Positions 34,052 through 43,392 are shown, numbered from the stretch's first letter. The stretch is DNA of 64,000 nt from Clostridiales bacterium (GCA_918244965.1 CAKJYC010000021.1:85025-149024); one strand, 5' to 3'. The notes: generated from the sequence alone by a model not told the origin. A program made the numbers and translations.

Positions 34052-34795
34052 CTATTTCGCCTTATTCGATTTCAGTCCGCCGAACCTGCGATCGCGGCCG
34101 GCAAAGTCCCGGAACGCATTCACAAGCTCGTCCATCGTGAAGTCCGGCCATCTGACGTCGGTAAAGTACAGCTCCGCATAAGCGATCTGCCACAGCAGAA
34201 AGTTGGATACGCGGATGTCGCCGCCGGTGCGGATGAGAAGGTCCACGTCTCCGGAATCCGTTGTGTACAGCTTTTGTGCGATCGCACTTTCGTCCGCCTC
34301 CGGATCCTCTGCAAACGCCAGCCGCATTGCGCGCACAAGCTCCGCGCGCGCGCCGTAGTTCAGCGCAAGATTGACCTTCAATCCGGTATTGTTCGCCGTC
34401 TTGATCTCGGCGTTTCGCACGGTCTCCTGCACGGCCGTCGGAAACCACGTCATGTCGCCGATCGCCTTAACGCGCACACCGTTGCGGTGCATTTCCTCGA
34501 TCTCGCGGTTGAAATACTCGATCAGAAGGCTGCAGAGGATGCCGATCTCGTCCTTCGGGCGCTTGCGGTTTTCGGTCGAAAACGCGTACAGCGTCAGCGA
34601 TTCGACGCCGAGATCCGACGCGGCGCGGATGATCTCCTTGACCGTGTTCATGCCGGCGCGGTGTCCCGCGGCGCGCGGCAGTCCCCGCGACGTCGCCCAG
34701 CGGCCGTTGCCGTCCATGACGATCGCGACGTGCTTCGGAATGCGCTCCGGCTTCAGCCCGAACGCCTTCATCTGCTGATCGGTGTATTTTCTCAT
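34052..34795 (-). CDS. uppS: isoprenyl transferase / undecaprenyl diphosphate synthase
   Basis: 247 aa with HVAIVMDGNGRWA and RTGGDIRVSNFLLWQIAYAELYF. Confidence 0.95.
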   Translation of the reverse strand: MRKYTDQQMKAFGLKPERIPKHVAIVMDGNGRWATSRGLPRAAGHRAGMNTVKEIIRAASDLGVESLTLYAFSTENRKRPKDEIGILCSLLIEYFNREIEEMHRNGVRVKAIGDMTWFPTAVQETVRNAEIKTANNTGLKVNLALNYGARAELVRAMRLAFAEDPEADESAIAQKLYTTDSGDVDLLIRTGGDIRVSNFLLWQIAYAELYFTDVRWPDFTMDELVNAFRDFAGRDRRFGGLKSNKAK

Positions 34796-34863
34796 GGTTG
34801 CTCCTGTCGAACAAGCGGGGGCTGTCGCGTCATGCGCAACGCCCCCTGTTGTGTCGTATGTTG

Positions 34864-35058
34864 TTATGCGTCGATCCGTGTCTTGAATGCGGACCAGTAG
34901 ACGACCGTTTCCGTTTCGGTCTCGGTCGTTTTGATGACGCGCCGGTCGTCGCCCTTGCCGCCCTTTTTCGAGCGTACCTCGATAAGGCGGACGGCCTTTC
35001 CGTCCGTTTCAAGCAATGCGACAGCGGTCTTCAGGTCCAGTCCCAGAACGTCCGTCAA
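34864..35058 (-). CDS. small hypothetical protein (64 aa), translationally coupled to frr
   Basis: ATGA overlap with the frr stop. The sequence [30 protein letters not shown]...RRVIKTTE...VVYWSAF has a PASTA-like beta-alpha-beta pattern by eye, with no signal peptide. Confidence 0.45.
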   Translation of the reverse strand: MTDVLGLDLKTAVALLETDGKAVRLIEVRSKKGGKGDDRRVIKTTETETETVVYWSAFKTRIDA

Positions 35059-35612
35059 ACCGAAAGGATCTCCTTTTCCTTTGCAGCGAGGATGGCGTCG
35101 ATGTCTTTGATGAACTCGTCGGTCATCTTCTGGCCCTTCTCTTCGAGGCGCTTCTGATCGTCCTCAGTGATGAGGCTGTCTTTCTTTTGCTTTTTGATCT
35201 GGTCGTTCAGATCACGGCGAAGGTTGCGGATCGCGACCTTGCTCTCCTCGCCCTTTTTGCGGACGGTCTTGACGAGGTCCTTTCTGCGTTCTTCGGTCAA
35301 CTCCGGGAATACAAGACGGATCACCTTGCCGTCGTTTGCCGGGTTGATGCCGAGATCGGACTTCTGGATCGCCTTCTCGACCGCCGGGATCATCTTGGTA
35401 TCCCACAGTGCAATGATCAGCATGCGCGGCTCAGGCGTGGAGATGTTGCCGAGCTGGTTGATCGGCGTCATCGAGCCGTAGTAGTCGACTGCGATCCGGT
35501 CCAGCACCTGCGCGTTCGCACGGCCCGCGCGAAGGCTCGAAAGCTCGGATTTCAGTACGTTCAGGGTCTTGGTCATTCTTTCTCTGGTTTCATCGATCAG
35601 TTCCATCGGCAT
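35055..35612 (-). CDS. frr: ribosome recycling factor
   Basis: 185 aa with full-length similarity ([22 protein letters not shown]...). Confidence 0.95.
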   Translation of the reverse strand: MPMELIDETRERMTKTLNVLKSELSSLRAGRANAQVLDRIAVDYYGSMTPINQLGNISTPEPRMLIIALWDTKMIPAVEKAIQKSDLGINPANDGKVIRLVFPELTEERRKDLVKTVRKKGEESKVAIRNLRRDLNDQIKKQKKDSLITEDDQKRLEEKGQKMTDEFIKDIDAILAAKEKEILSV

Positions 35613-35673
35613 ATCGAATCCCTCCTTATGGTTTCACTCAATTTGATATTATACAACGGTTTCCCGTCCGGAA

Positions 35674-36366
35674 TCAAGCCTCATTTCCGTCGATGCGCGT
35701 TCCGACGGCTTCGCCCCTTGCGACCTTGTCGATCTCGCTCCTTGCGAACACAAGGATCGGCAGGTCGTTGTCACGGCACAGCGCGATCGCGCTCATGTCG
35801 ATCGCCTTCAGGTTGTCGCGGATGACCTTGTCGTAGGTCAGATGATCGTAACGGATCGCGTTCGGATCGAGCTTCGGGTCCGCGCTGTACACCGCGTCGA
35901 CATTCTTTGCCATCAGCAGCGTGTCCGCGCCGATCTCAAGCGCCCGCAGCGTGGACGCCGTATCCGTCGAGAAATACGGACAGCCCGTCCCGCAGGCGAA
36001 CAGCACGACCTTTCCTTCGGAAAGCGCTGCGCGTGCGCCGCGCGCCGTGTACTCGTCAATAAAGCGGGTCATGGCAATCGCGCTCATGGCAAGGGTCGGC
36101 ATACCCTGCCGTTCGAGGCAGTCCTGCAGCGCAAGTGTGTTGATCGCGGTCGAGAGCATGCCCATGCTGTCCATGCGCGAGCGCTCCTGCATGACCGTGT
36201 CGCGTCCGCGCACGATGTTGCCGCCGCCGACGACGATGCCGATCTCAAGCCCCGCGTCATACAGCAGCTTGATCTCCTTTGCGGTCTCCTCGACCTTTTC
36301 AAAACATACCGGCTGATTGGCGCTTGACAGCGCCTCTCCGCTGACCTTGATCAAAACACGCTTCAT
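35674..36366 (-). CDS. pyrH: UMP kinase
   Basis: 230 aa from the ATG at 36366 (RBS GGGAGG), beginning MKRVLIKVSGEAL. Confidence 0.95.
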   Translation of the reverse strand: MKRVLIKVSGEALSSANQPVCFEKVEETAKEIKLLYDAGLEIGIVVGGGNIVRGRDTVMQERSRMDSMGMLSTAINTLALQDCLERQGMPTLAMSAIAMTRFIDEYTARGARAALSEGKVVLFACGTGCPYFSTDTASTLRALEIGADTLLMAKNVDAVYSADPKLDPNAIRYDHLTYDKVIRDNLKAIDMSAIALCRDNDLPILVFARSEIDKVARGEAVGTRIDGNEA

Positions 36367-36410
36367 CCCGCATACCTCCCTATTATGTCTTACAGTATAC
36401 CATATACTTC

Positions 36411-36458
36411 GCAAAAAGAAAAGAGGTTGCGAAAAACTCCACAGGTTTTTCACAACCT
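36411..36458 (-). terminator. strong rho-independent terminator after the anti-sigma gene
   Basis: The minus strand reads GGTTGTGAAAAAC-ctgtgga-GTTTTTCGCAACC (13 bp including one G-U) followed by TCTTTTCTTTTTG. A TGGTATACT extended -10 for pyrH follows. Confidence 0.6.
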
Positions 36459-36477
36459 CGTCGTCGCGAGTGTCCTT

Positions 36478-37374
36478 TTATTCTTTCCGCAGCAGCTTCC
36501 GGCCGCACAGCCCTGCGCCGATCAAAAGGACCGTGATGACAAGCACAAACGTCAGCTCGCGCACCGGCGCAATTGTCGTTGCCGGGAAGCCGGCGACAAG
36601 GAACGCAAGGGTCCCGCTTGCCGCGATCAGCAGCAGCACGCCGAGCACGCGGCTTGCATTCTTTTTCTTGCAGAGCCGCAGCACAAGCCACACGACCGCA
36701 AGGATCGCCGTTCCGATCACTGCGATCAGAAAGTAGTAGTTCATCACAAGCCGCGGCAGCGCAAAGCCCGCTTCGGGCGTATAGCCTTCGCGCTGATACA
36801 GCGCGATCCGATCCGTATTGTCAAACGGTTCATAATATACGCCGTCGACGTCGTACAGCGGAATCACCGTCTGTACCGGTTCGCTGTTTGTTCCGACCAT
36901 TTCACGCCACAATGTTGTAATTGCCGTGACACAAACCTCCTCTGCATTGACGCTGACGGCCACAGTCTCGACAGAACGGTTCGCCGTAAGCACCAGCTGC
37001 AGCGTCGCTTCCCCGTCGTTTTGCGTCTCCGGGTCTGCGTCGATCGTCCGCTCGATCCTGATCGCGTCAAACGCATCGTTCTCCGATTGGATCGAGAACG
37101 GCTTCAAGAGACGTGCCGCACATCCGATCACAAGCGCAGCGACCAAACATGCGATCAGTCCCGCGATCAGCCACCCGCGGCGCTTGACCGCCTTGCGCAC
37201 GGTAAAGAGCGGCGCGGCGGGCTCGGTCTCCACCGGCGCTTGCATGGCGTCGAACGCGGCGCGGCAGCTTTCGCAGGTTTCGATATGCTCCTTGACAAAG
37301 GCGGTCGATTCCTCGCTCGCCATATGTTCCACAACAAGCGGCAAAAGATCCTTTACGATCCCGCAATCCTTCAT
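36478..37374 (-). CDS. zinc-finger (zf-HC2) anti-sigma factor, membrane protein
   Basis: 298 aa from the ATG at 37374 (ATGA overlap with the sigma stop). The N-terminus MKDCGIVKDLLPLVVEHMASEESTAFVKEHIETCESCRAAF carries the H-x3-C-x2-C motif. It has TM helices and a C-terminal multi-TM region. Confidence 0.7.
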   Translation of the reverse strand: MKDCGIVKDLLPLVVEHMASEESTAFVKEHIETCESCRAAFDAMQAPVETEPAAPLFTVRKAVKRRGWLIAGLIACLVAALVIGCAARLLKPFSIQSENDAFDAIRIERTIDADPETQNDGEATLQLVLTANRSVETVAVSVNAEEVCVTAITTLWREMVGTNSEPVQTVIPLYDVDGVYYEPFDNTDRIALYQREGYTPEAGFALPRLVMNYYFLIAVIGTAILAVVWLVLRLCKKKNASRVLGVLLLIAASGTLAFLVAGFPATTIAPVRELTFVLVITVLLIGAGLCGRKLLRKE

Positions 37375-37850
37375 GTTGTTTCCTCCAGTTCGGCTTTGAT
37401 TTTCGCTTTCGCGCGGTGGAAGGTGACGCACGCCCAGTTGGCGGTCTTTTGAAACAGCTTTCCGATCTTCTCAAACGGCATCTCGCCGTACACGCGTAAG
37501 AGAAAGACCTCCTTGTACGGTTCGTCGAGCCGATGCGCCGCCTCGGAAACGCGCTCCGCCTCGTCTCTTCGGACCGCCTCGGCTTCGGGAGAAGGCGCCG
37601 GACTCTCGATCGCATCGGAAAGCGGTTCCGTTTTTCGCTTTCGCTGTTCCGAAATGTATTTGTTCTTGGCGATCTGACAGAGCCAGACGCGCAGTTCACA
37701 CGCACCGCGGTAGCTGTCCAAACACTGCAGGGCTTTTAGAAAGGTCTCAGCGGTCAGCTCCTCGGCTTCATCGGCGCTTCCGCACAGCTTGAGGCAGTAG
37801 CGGTATACATCCGTAAAATATGCGCGATAAATGCTCTCGAATGTTTCCAT
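37371..37850 (-). CDS. ECF-type sigma-70 family RNA polymerase sigma factor
   Basis: Regions 2 and 4 are recognisable (FTDVYRYCLKLCGSADEAEELTAETF..., MPFEKIGKLFQKTANWACVTFHRAK). The start is uncertain (ATG 37850 or 37859). Confidence 0.8.
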   Translation of the reverse strand: METFESIYRAYFTDVYRYCLKLCGSADEAEELTAETFLKALQCLDSYRGACELRVWLCQIAKNKYISEQRKRKTEPLSDAIESPAPSPEAEAVRRDEAERVSEAAHRLDEPYKEVFLLRVYGEMPFEKIGKLFQKTANWACVTFHRAKAKIKAELEETT

Positions 37851-37904
37851 CGTTTTCATCTTCCGCTTATATGACGCGGTCATGCAGGGAATCTTACAAA
37901 AAAC

Positions 37905-37933
37905 TTTAAAAAAAGCACCGCTTTTCACGGTGC
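37905..37933 (-). terminator. rho-independent terminator after ftsY
   Basis: The minus strand reads GCACCG-tgaaaag-CGGTGC followed by TTTTTTT. Confidence 0.6.
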
Positions 37934-37942
37934 AGTTATGTG

Positions 37943-38863
37943 TTATTCGTCCAGTCCCAGAAGGGCTGCCGCAAAGTCGTCCGCATCGAAGCGTTTCAGG
38001 TCGTCAATCCCTTCGCCGACGCCGATGAAGCGGATCGGGACCTTCAGCATGTCGGAAATCTGCACCGTCACGCCGCCCTTTGCGGTGCCGTCGAGCTTGG
38101 TCAGGATGACACCGGTCAGCTCGCAGACCTCCAGGAACGCCTCTGCCTGTGCGACCGCATTCTGTCCGGTCGTCGCATCCAGCACCAGAAGCACCTCACA
38201 CGGCACGTCCGGCAGCTCGCGCGCGATGACGCGGCGGATCTTATTAAGCTCGTTCATCAGGTTCTTCTTGTTGTGGAGCCGTCCCGCCGTATCGACCAGC
38301 AGCAGATCGCAGCCCTTCGCGCGGAACGATGCGATCGCGTCGAACACGACCGCCGCCGGGTCAGCGCCCTCCTGATGGCGCACCATCGGCACGCCTGCGC
38401 GGTTCGCCCATTCGCCGAGCTGTTCGGCCGCCGCCGCGCGGAACGTGTCCGCCGCCGCGATCATGGGCTTTCTGCCTGCCTGCGCATACTCGTTTGCAAT
38501 CTTGCCGATCGTGGTCGTCTTGCCGACGCCGTTCACGCCGACGATCAGAAGCACAGCAGGCCCTTCGTCGCCCATAAACGGCTTGTCGGTACGGACCGCG
38601 TCCGCGATCAGTCCCGCAAGCGCGCTTCTCGCCTCGTCGCGCTCCTTGAGCTTATCGGCCTTGACCTTGCCGCGAAGCCCGTCCAGAAGGCGCTCTGCGG
38701 TGTCCATGCCCATATCGGCAAGGATCATCGCCTCTTCGAGCTCCTCATAGAAGTCGTCGTTGATGCCATCCTTGTTGAACAGGGTCGAAAACCAGTTGTT
38801 TGTTTTGTGCAGGCCTTCCTTCAGCTTGGAAAACCAGCCCTTTTTCTTTTCTTTCTTTTCCAT
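37943..38863 (-). CDS. ftsY: signal recognition particle-docking protein FtsY
   Basis: 306 aa with the NG domain and GVNGVGKTTTIGK. TAATG overlap with the smc stop. Confidence 0.95.
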   Translation of the reverse strand: MEKKEKKKGWFSKLKEGLHKTNNWFSTLFNKDGINDDFYEELEEAMILADMGMDTAERLLDGLRGKVKADKLKERDEARSALAGLIADAVRTDKPFMGDEGPAVLLIVGVNGVGKTTTIGKIANEYAQAGRKPMIAAADTFRAAAAEQLGEWANRAGVPMVRHQEGADPAAVVFDAIASFRAKGCDLLLVDTAGRLHNKKNLMNELNKIRRVIARELPDVPCEVLLVLDATTGQNAVAQAEAFLEVCELTGVILTKLDGTAKGGVTVQISDMLKVPIRFIGVGEGIDDLKRFDADDFAAALLGLDE

Positions 38864-41800
38864 TATGCCGTTTCTCCGAATCTTGCCGAGACGATGCTCG
38901 ATATGCCTTTTTCCTCCATTGCGACGCCGTACAGCGTGTCGCAGACCTCCATGCTGCCCTTGCGGTGCGTGATGATGATGAACTGCGTTTCGTCGGAATA
39001 CGCTTTGAGGTAGTCCGCAAATTTCGTCACGTTCGCCTCGTCGAGCGAGGTCTCGATCTCATCGAGCACGCAGAACGCGGGCGCTTTCAGCTTCAGCATG
39101 GCGAACAGCAGCGCGATCGCGGTCAGCGCGCGTTCACCGCCGGAGAGCAGCGACAGAAGCTGCAGTTTCTTTCCCGGAGGCTGTGCAATGATGTCGATGT
39201 CGCAGTTCAGGACGTCGTTCTTGTCCGACAGCCGAAGCTCCGCGTGACCGCCACCGAACAGCTCGGTAAACGTCTCCGCAAAGTTCAGCTGGATCTTCTG
39301 GAACTCCTCGACGAACGTGCGCTCCATCGTTTTGGTGAGCTGCCCGATCAGCGTATACAGGTCTGTCTTGGCCTTTTCGAGGTCTGCGTACTGCGTCGAC
39401 AGCGTTTCATGCCGTTCGGACACCGTGCGGTAATCCTCGATCGCGGACACGTTGATATCGCCGAGACCGCGGATCTCTGTTTTCAGCGCGTTGACCCGCT
39501 GCTGCGTCGCGCCGACGGCGATCTCGTGCCGCATGGCCTGCGCGTTCTCGTAGGTCAGCTCGTACTCCTCCCAGATGCGGTCGGCGCTCGTTTTGAGCTC
39601 CATCTCCATGCGGCTTTGCGTCAGCTCGTTTTTGTGCTTGCGCTCGCCGAGCACGCGGTAACCTTCCGCAAGGCTGTCGCGCTCGCGCCGGTACTGGCTC
39701 AAAAGTTCGTTGATGCGCGTGCGCTCGGCTTCGAGCTTGCTCTGCTCTTCTTTGGCGAGGCGCAGCGCGTCCTGTTCGCCCGAAATGCTCTTTTCCATTT
39801 CGGACAGCCGCGCGTCGGCCGCTTTGACCGATTCGGTCAGCGTCCGGATCTCCGCATCGAAGGATTCCATCCGCTGTTCGGTCAGCGCAAGGTCGCGCGT
39901 CAGGCGCTGGTGCTCCGCGCGCTTTGCGTCTGCTTCTTTTTCGAGCGCGGTCAATTTGATGCGCTTTTCGGTCAGCGCCGCGAGCCGGTCCTCACGCGCG
40001 TTCTTAGCCTCGCCGATCGAAAGCTGCTCCTTGCGGATGTCCTCGGTCGACAGCAGGTTCTGCTTCTCGATGTCGTCCTGTACGGACGCAGCCGCAGCGC
40101 GCCGCTTCCCGATGTCGGCAATGCTCTCGTTGACGTCGCCGCGTTCGTCGCAAAGCTCCTGCACCGTTTCCTCTGCGTCCTTTCGGTCGCGTTCGATGAT
40201 CTCGCGCTGTTCCTTCAGCCGGACAAGCTCCAGCTCGTCCTCATGCGACGCGGACAGGAATGCGTCGATCTGCGTGTCCTTCAAAAGGATCTGTTTCTTC
40301 TGCGCTTCGATCGCATCCTGTTTCTCCCTGACTGCCTTTTCTGCGGTCTTCAACTGCTTCTTGATCTCCGCAACCTCGCGTTCGCGGCCCAGGAGAGAGA
40401 ATCCCGTCTTTTTCAGACTGCCGCCGGTCATCGTACCGCCCGTAGAAAGGAAATCGCCCAGAAGCGTAGCGATATGGAAGGAGCTGTGCGACTTTTTGCG
40501 CAGCCGGATCGCATCGTCCAGTGTTTCGGTCACGACCGTGCGGCCCAAAAGATACTCCGCAACGATCTTCACGCTTTCATCGCAGGTGACCAGCTCGCTT
40601 GCAAGTCCGACGACGCCGGGTTCTTTCAAAAGCGCGCGCTCCTTGTCGGACAGCGGATTCGGATTCAGAAGCGTCATCGGCAGCAGTGTCACGCGGCCGA
40701 GATCGTTCTTTCTCGCATATTCAATGACCGTTTTCGCGTCCTCAGCGGTCGTTGTAACGATGTTTTGGAGCGATCCGCCCAATGACATGCCGATGGCCGT
40801 TTCGACCTTTTTCGGGACCTTCAGAAGCTCCGCAACGGGTCCGACGATGCAGCCTTTCAGCGTCGCGTCCGTTTCCGCCGCGGTCAGCACCGCGCGGACG
40901 CTGTTCTGATACCCCTCGTGCGAGCGGACCATTTCGGACAGCACGCGTTCGCGCGAGGACAGCGCGCCGACGTTCTGCTCGCAAACGCGCAGCTCCGCCT
41001 GCAAGGCAAGATAATCCGATTCGATTTCGAGCCGTTCGCGCTGCGCCGTCTTGCGCGCCGCGATATGCTCGTTCATCTTCTCCGCCTGTGCATCGACCGC
41101 TTTCCGTGCAGTCTCCTCCTCCGCCTTCAGCGCGTCAACCTTTTCGCGTGCCTCGGCCTCCTCGCCGTCAAGCGCTTTCAGACGGTCGTGCAGCGCCGAC
41201 GCCATCGTGTCGAAGCGGGAAAGGTCGCTCTTTGCGTCTGCAAGGCGGTTCATTGCCTCCATCACAGCGGCCTTCTGCTCCTCGACGGACGCTTCACGTG
41301 CGGCAATCTTTGCATCTATGTCGGCGATCGCGTCGGTCTCTGTCTGGATCTCTTCCGTGAGCGATGCAAACTCCTCGACATTGGCGCTGCCTTTCTCGTT
41401 TTCGGCGATGCCCGCACGCAGTTCCCCGCATGCGCGCGCTGCGCCGTCGCGTTCGCCCGTGATGCGGACGATCTCCTTTTTGGCATGTTCGCGCCGCTCG
41501 ACCAGCAGATTGCTTTCACCGACGTGCGATTCCACGCCGGACAGCATTTCGATGACCTTGTTCTGCTGTGCGCCAGCGCGCTCGTCGATCTCACGCAGCT
41601 GTTCCTCCAGCGCAAGCGACTGTTCGCCGAGCGTGCGGTTCTGCGTCTCGTTCAACGCAAGATCCTGTTCGAGCGCCGCCGTTTGCTCCTCGATGGATTT
41701 CAGTTTTTCGCGGATGCGGTCGCTGTTGTACAGGTACAGATTGACCTCAAGATCCTTGAGCTCTTCGCGCAGACGCAGATATTCGCGCGCGGTCGCGCTT

Positions 41801-42423
41801 TGCTCGCGCAGCGGTTCGAGCCGTTCGCCGAGCTCCTTCAACGTATCCGCGATGCGCTCCATATTGCGCTCGGTGCTGTCGAGCCTGCGCTCCGCCTCCT
41901 CCTTGCGCACGCGATATCGCATGACGCCGGCTGCCTCTTCGAGTGCTGTGCGGCGATCGTTCGATTTGTTCGACAGGATCTCGTCGACGCGTCCCTGTGA
42001 AATGATCGAATAGCCGTCCTTGCCGATGCCCGTGTCGCGGAACAGCTCGGAAATATCCTTCAGACGGCAGTTGCGTCCGTTCAGCACATATTCGCTCTCG
42101 CCGGAGCGGAACATGCGCCGCGTCACGGCGACCTCGTCGTAGTCGGTCGGCAGCAGATGATCGCTGTTGTCGAACGTCAGCGTCACCTCGCACATCGACT
42201 GCGGCTTGCGCTTCTGCGTGCCGTTGAAAATGACGTCCTCCATCTTCGAGCCGCGCAAAGCACGCGCGCTCTGCTCGCCGAGCACCCAGCGCACGGCGTC
42301 GGAGATGTTGCTCTTTCCGCTGCCGTTCGGTCCGATGACCGCCGTGATGCCCGAACCGAACACGAGCTCGGTTTTCTTCGCAAACGATTTGAAGCCGGAG
42401 ATGTCCAGTCTTGTCAGTCTCAT
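38863..42423 (-). CDS. smc: chromosome segregation protein SMC
   Basis: 1186 aa with Walker A GPNGSGKSN, long coiled coils, a hinge, and C-terminal LSGGE / Walker B. Confidence 0.95.
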   Translation of the reverse strand: MRLTRLDISGFKSFAKKTELVFGSGITAVIGPNGSGKSNISDAVRWVLGEQSARALRGSKMEDVIFNGTQKRKPQSMCEVTLTFDNSDHLLPTDYDEVAVTRRMFRSGESEYVLNGRNCRLKDISELFRDTGIGKDGYSIISQGRVDEILSNKSNDRRTALEEAAGVMRYRVRKEEAERRLDSTERNMERIADTLKELGERLEPLREQSATAREYLRLREELKDLEVNLYLYNSDRIREKLKSIEEQTAALEQDLALNETQNRTLGEQSLALEEQLREIDERAGAQQNKVIEMLSGVESHVGESNLLVERREHAKKEIVRITGERDGAARACGELRAGIAENEKGSANVEEFASLTEEIQTETDAIADIDAKIAAREASVEEQKAAVMEAMNRLADAKSDLSRFDTMASALHDRLKALDGEEAEAREKVDALKAEEETARKAVDAQAEKMNEHIAARKTAQRERLEIESDYLALQAELRVCEQNVGALSSRERVLSEMVRSHEGYQNSVRAVLTAAETDATLKGCIVGPVAELLKVPKKVETAIGMSLGGSLQNIVTTTAEDAKTVIEYARKNDLGRVTLLPMTLLNPNPLSDKERALLKEPGVVGLASELVTCDESVKIVAEYLLGRTVVTETLDDAIRLRKKSHSSFHIATLLGDFLSTGGTMTGGSLKKTGFSLLGREREVAEIKKQLKTAEKAVREKQDAIEAQKKQILLKDTQIDAFLSASHEDELELVRLKEQREIIERDRKDAEETVQELCDERGDVNESIADIGKRRAAAASVQDDIEKQNLLSTEDIRKEQLSIGEAKNAREDRLAALTEKRIKLTALEKEADAKRAEHQRLTRDLALTEQRMESFDAEIRTLTESVKAADARLSEMEKSISGEQDALRLAKEEQSKLEAERTRINELLSQYRRERDSLAEGYRVLGERKHKNELTQSRMEMELKTSADRIWEEYELTYENAQAMRHEIAVGATQQRVNALKTEIRGLGDINVSAIEDYRTVSERHETLSTQYADLEKAKTDLYTLIGQLTKTMERTFVEEFQKIQLNFAETFTELFGGGHAELRLSDKNDVLNCDIDIIAQPPGKKLQLLSLLSGGERALTAIALLFAMLKLKAPAFCVLDEIETSLDEANVTKFADYLKAYSDETQFIIITHRKGSMEVCDTLYGVAMEEKGISSIVSARFGETA

Positions 42424-43109
42424 TTCGTTTCCAACCTCGAAAGCGCGTCGGCGGCTGCCGCCTGTCCCGCGCTCTGTTTTGAATGTCCCGTGCCGGTGCC
42501 GAGAACCGTATCGTTCAGCACCGCCTGCATCGTAAACTCCTTGCTGTGATCCGGCCCCGATTCGCCGATCAGCCGGTAGCTTACCTGCATTCCGTGCGTT
42601 TTGGCGTGGATCAGCTCCTGCAGCCGTGTCTTATGGTCCTTCTCATAGATCGGCTTAGAGAGATCGAGCTGGGACAGCACGAACCGGTGGATGAACGCTT
42701 TTGCCGGCGTCAAACCGCCGTCAAGGAAGATCGCGGCGATCACCGCCTCGAACGCATCTGACAGGATTGAGGGCTTTTCACGGCCGCCGCTTGTATCTTC
42801 CCCGCGTCCGAGCAGAAGGAATGCACCGAGCCCGATCTCTTTTGCGGCGCGAAAGAGCGCATCTTCGCAGACGATCGAAGCGCGGTTTTTGGTCATCATG
42901 CCCTCCTGCATGTCCGGAAAGCGGAAGAACAGCTCTTCGGATACGCACAGTTCAAGAACGGCATCGCCCAGAAACTCCATTCGCTCGTTGTCGTTTCCCT
43001 CGCCGGGTACGAACGATGAATGCGTCAGCGCGCGCCGAAGATACGCATGCTCTGAAAAAGCATACCCGATCCGCTGTTCCAATTCGTGAAGATGTTCCTT
43101 TGTCAGCAT
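42420..43109 (-). CDS. rnc: ribonuclease III
   Basis: 229 aa from the ATG at 43109 (the track TTG at 43121 lies inside the upstream terminator T-run). It has the signature ERMEFLGDAVLEL and a dsRBD at the C-terminus. Confidence 0.93.
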   Translation of the reverse strand: MLTKEHLHELEQRIGYAFSEHAYLRRALTHSSFVPGEGNDNERMEFLGDAVLELCVSEELFFRFPDMQEGMMTKNRASIVCEDALFRAAKEIGLGAFLLLGRGEDTSGGREKPSILSDAFEAVIAAIFLDGGLTPAKAFIHRFVLSQLDLSKPIYEKDHKTRLQELIHAKTHGMQVSYRLIGESGPDHSKEFTMQAVLNDTVLGTGTGHSKQSAGQAAAADALSRLETK

Positions 43110-43117
43110 GGTATTAT

Positions 43118-43147
43118 CCAAAAAACCCGCACGGATCGCGTGCGGGT
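43118..43147 (-). terminator. intrinsic terminator-like hairpin between acpP and rnc
   Basis: The minus strand reads CCCGCAC-gcgatcc-GTGCGGG followed by TTTTTTGG. It ends about 10 nt before the rnc ATG. Confidence 0.5.
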
Positions 43148-43170
43148 CGGTTCGACGTGCCTGATTCCGC

Positions 43171-43392
43171 TTATTTCTTCAGATAGCGAAGAATGTCGCC
43201 GACGGTCTGCACCTTGGGCAGCTCTTCATCGGGAATCTCGGTGTCAAATGCCTGCTCCATGTCCATAACGAGCTCCACAACATCCAGAGAATCCGCATGC
43301 AGATCCTCCACGAGGTTGCTCTCCATCGTAATGGTCTTGGGGTCGATATCCAGCTGTTTGCCGATGATTTCGCAGATTTTTTCGAATTCCAT
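43171..43392 (-). CDS. acpP: acyl carrier protein
   Basis: 73 aa from the ATG at 43392 (RBS AGGGAG). The phosphopantetheine attachment motif is LHADSLDVVELVM. Confidence 0.9.
   Translation of the reverse strand: MEFEKICEIIGKQLDIDPKTITMESNLVEDLHADSLDVVELVMDMEQAFDTEIPDEELPKVQTVGDILRYLKK

Noticed and set aside
38800-42013. Several 320-660-aa plus-strand ORFs (38800..40785, 39710..40909, 40918..42000, 41051..42013).
   Set aside because: All are antisense to smc and overlap each other in different frames. Their composition is Arg/Ser/Ala-biased. This is an artefact of GC-rich coiled-coil coding sequence.
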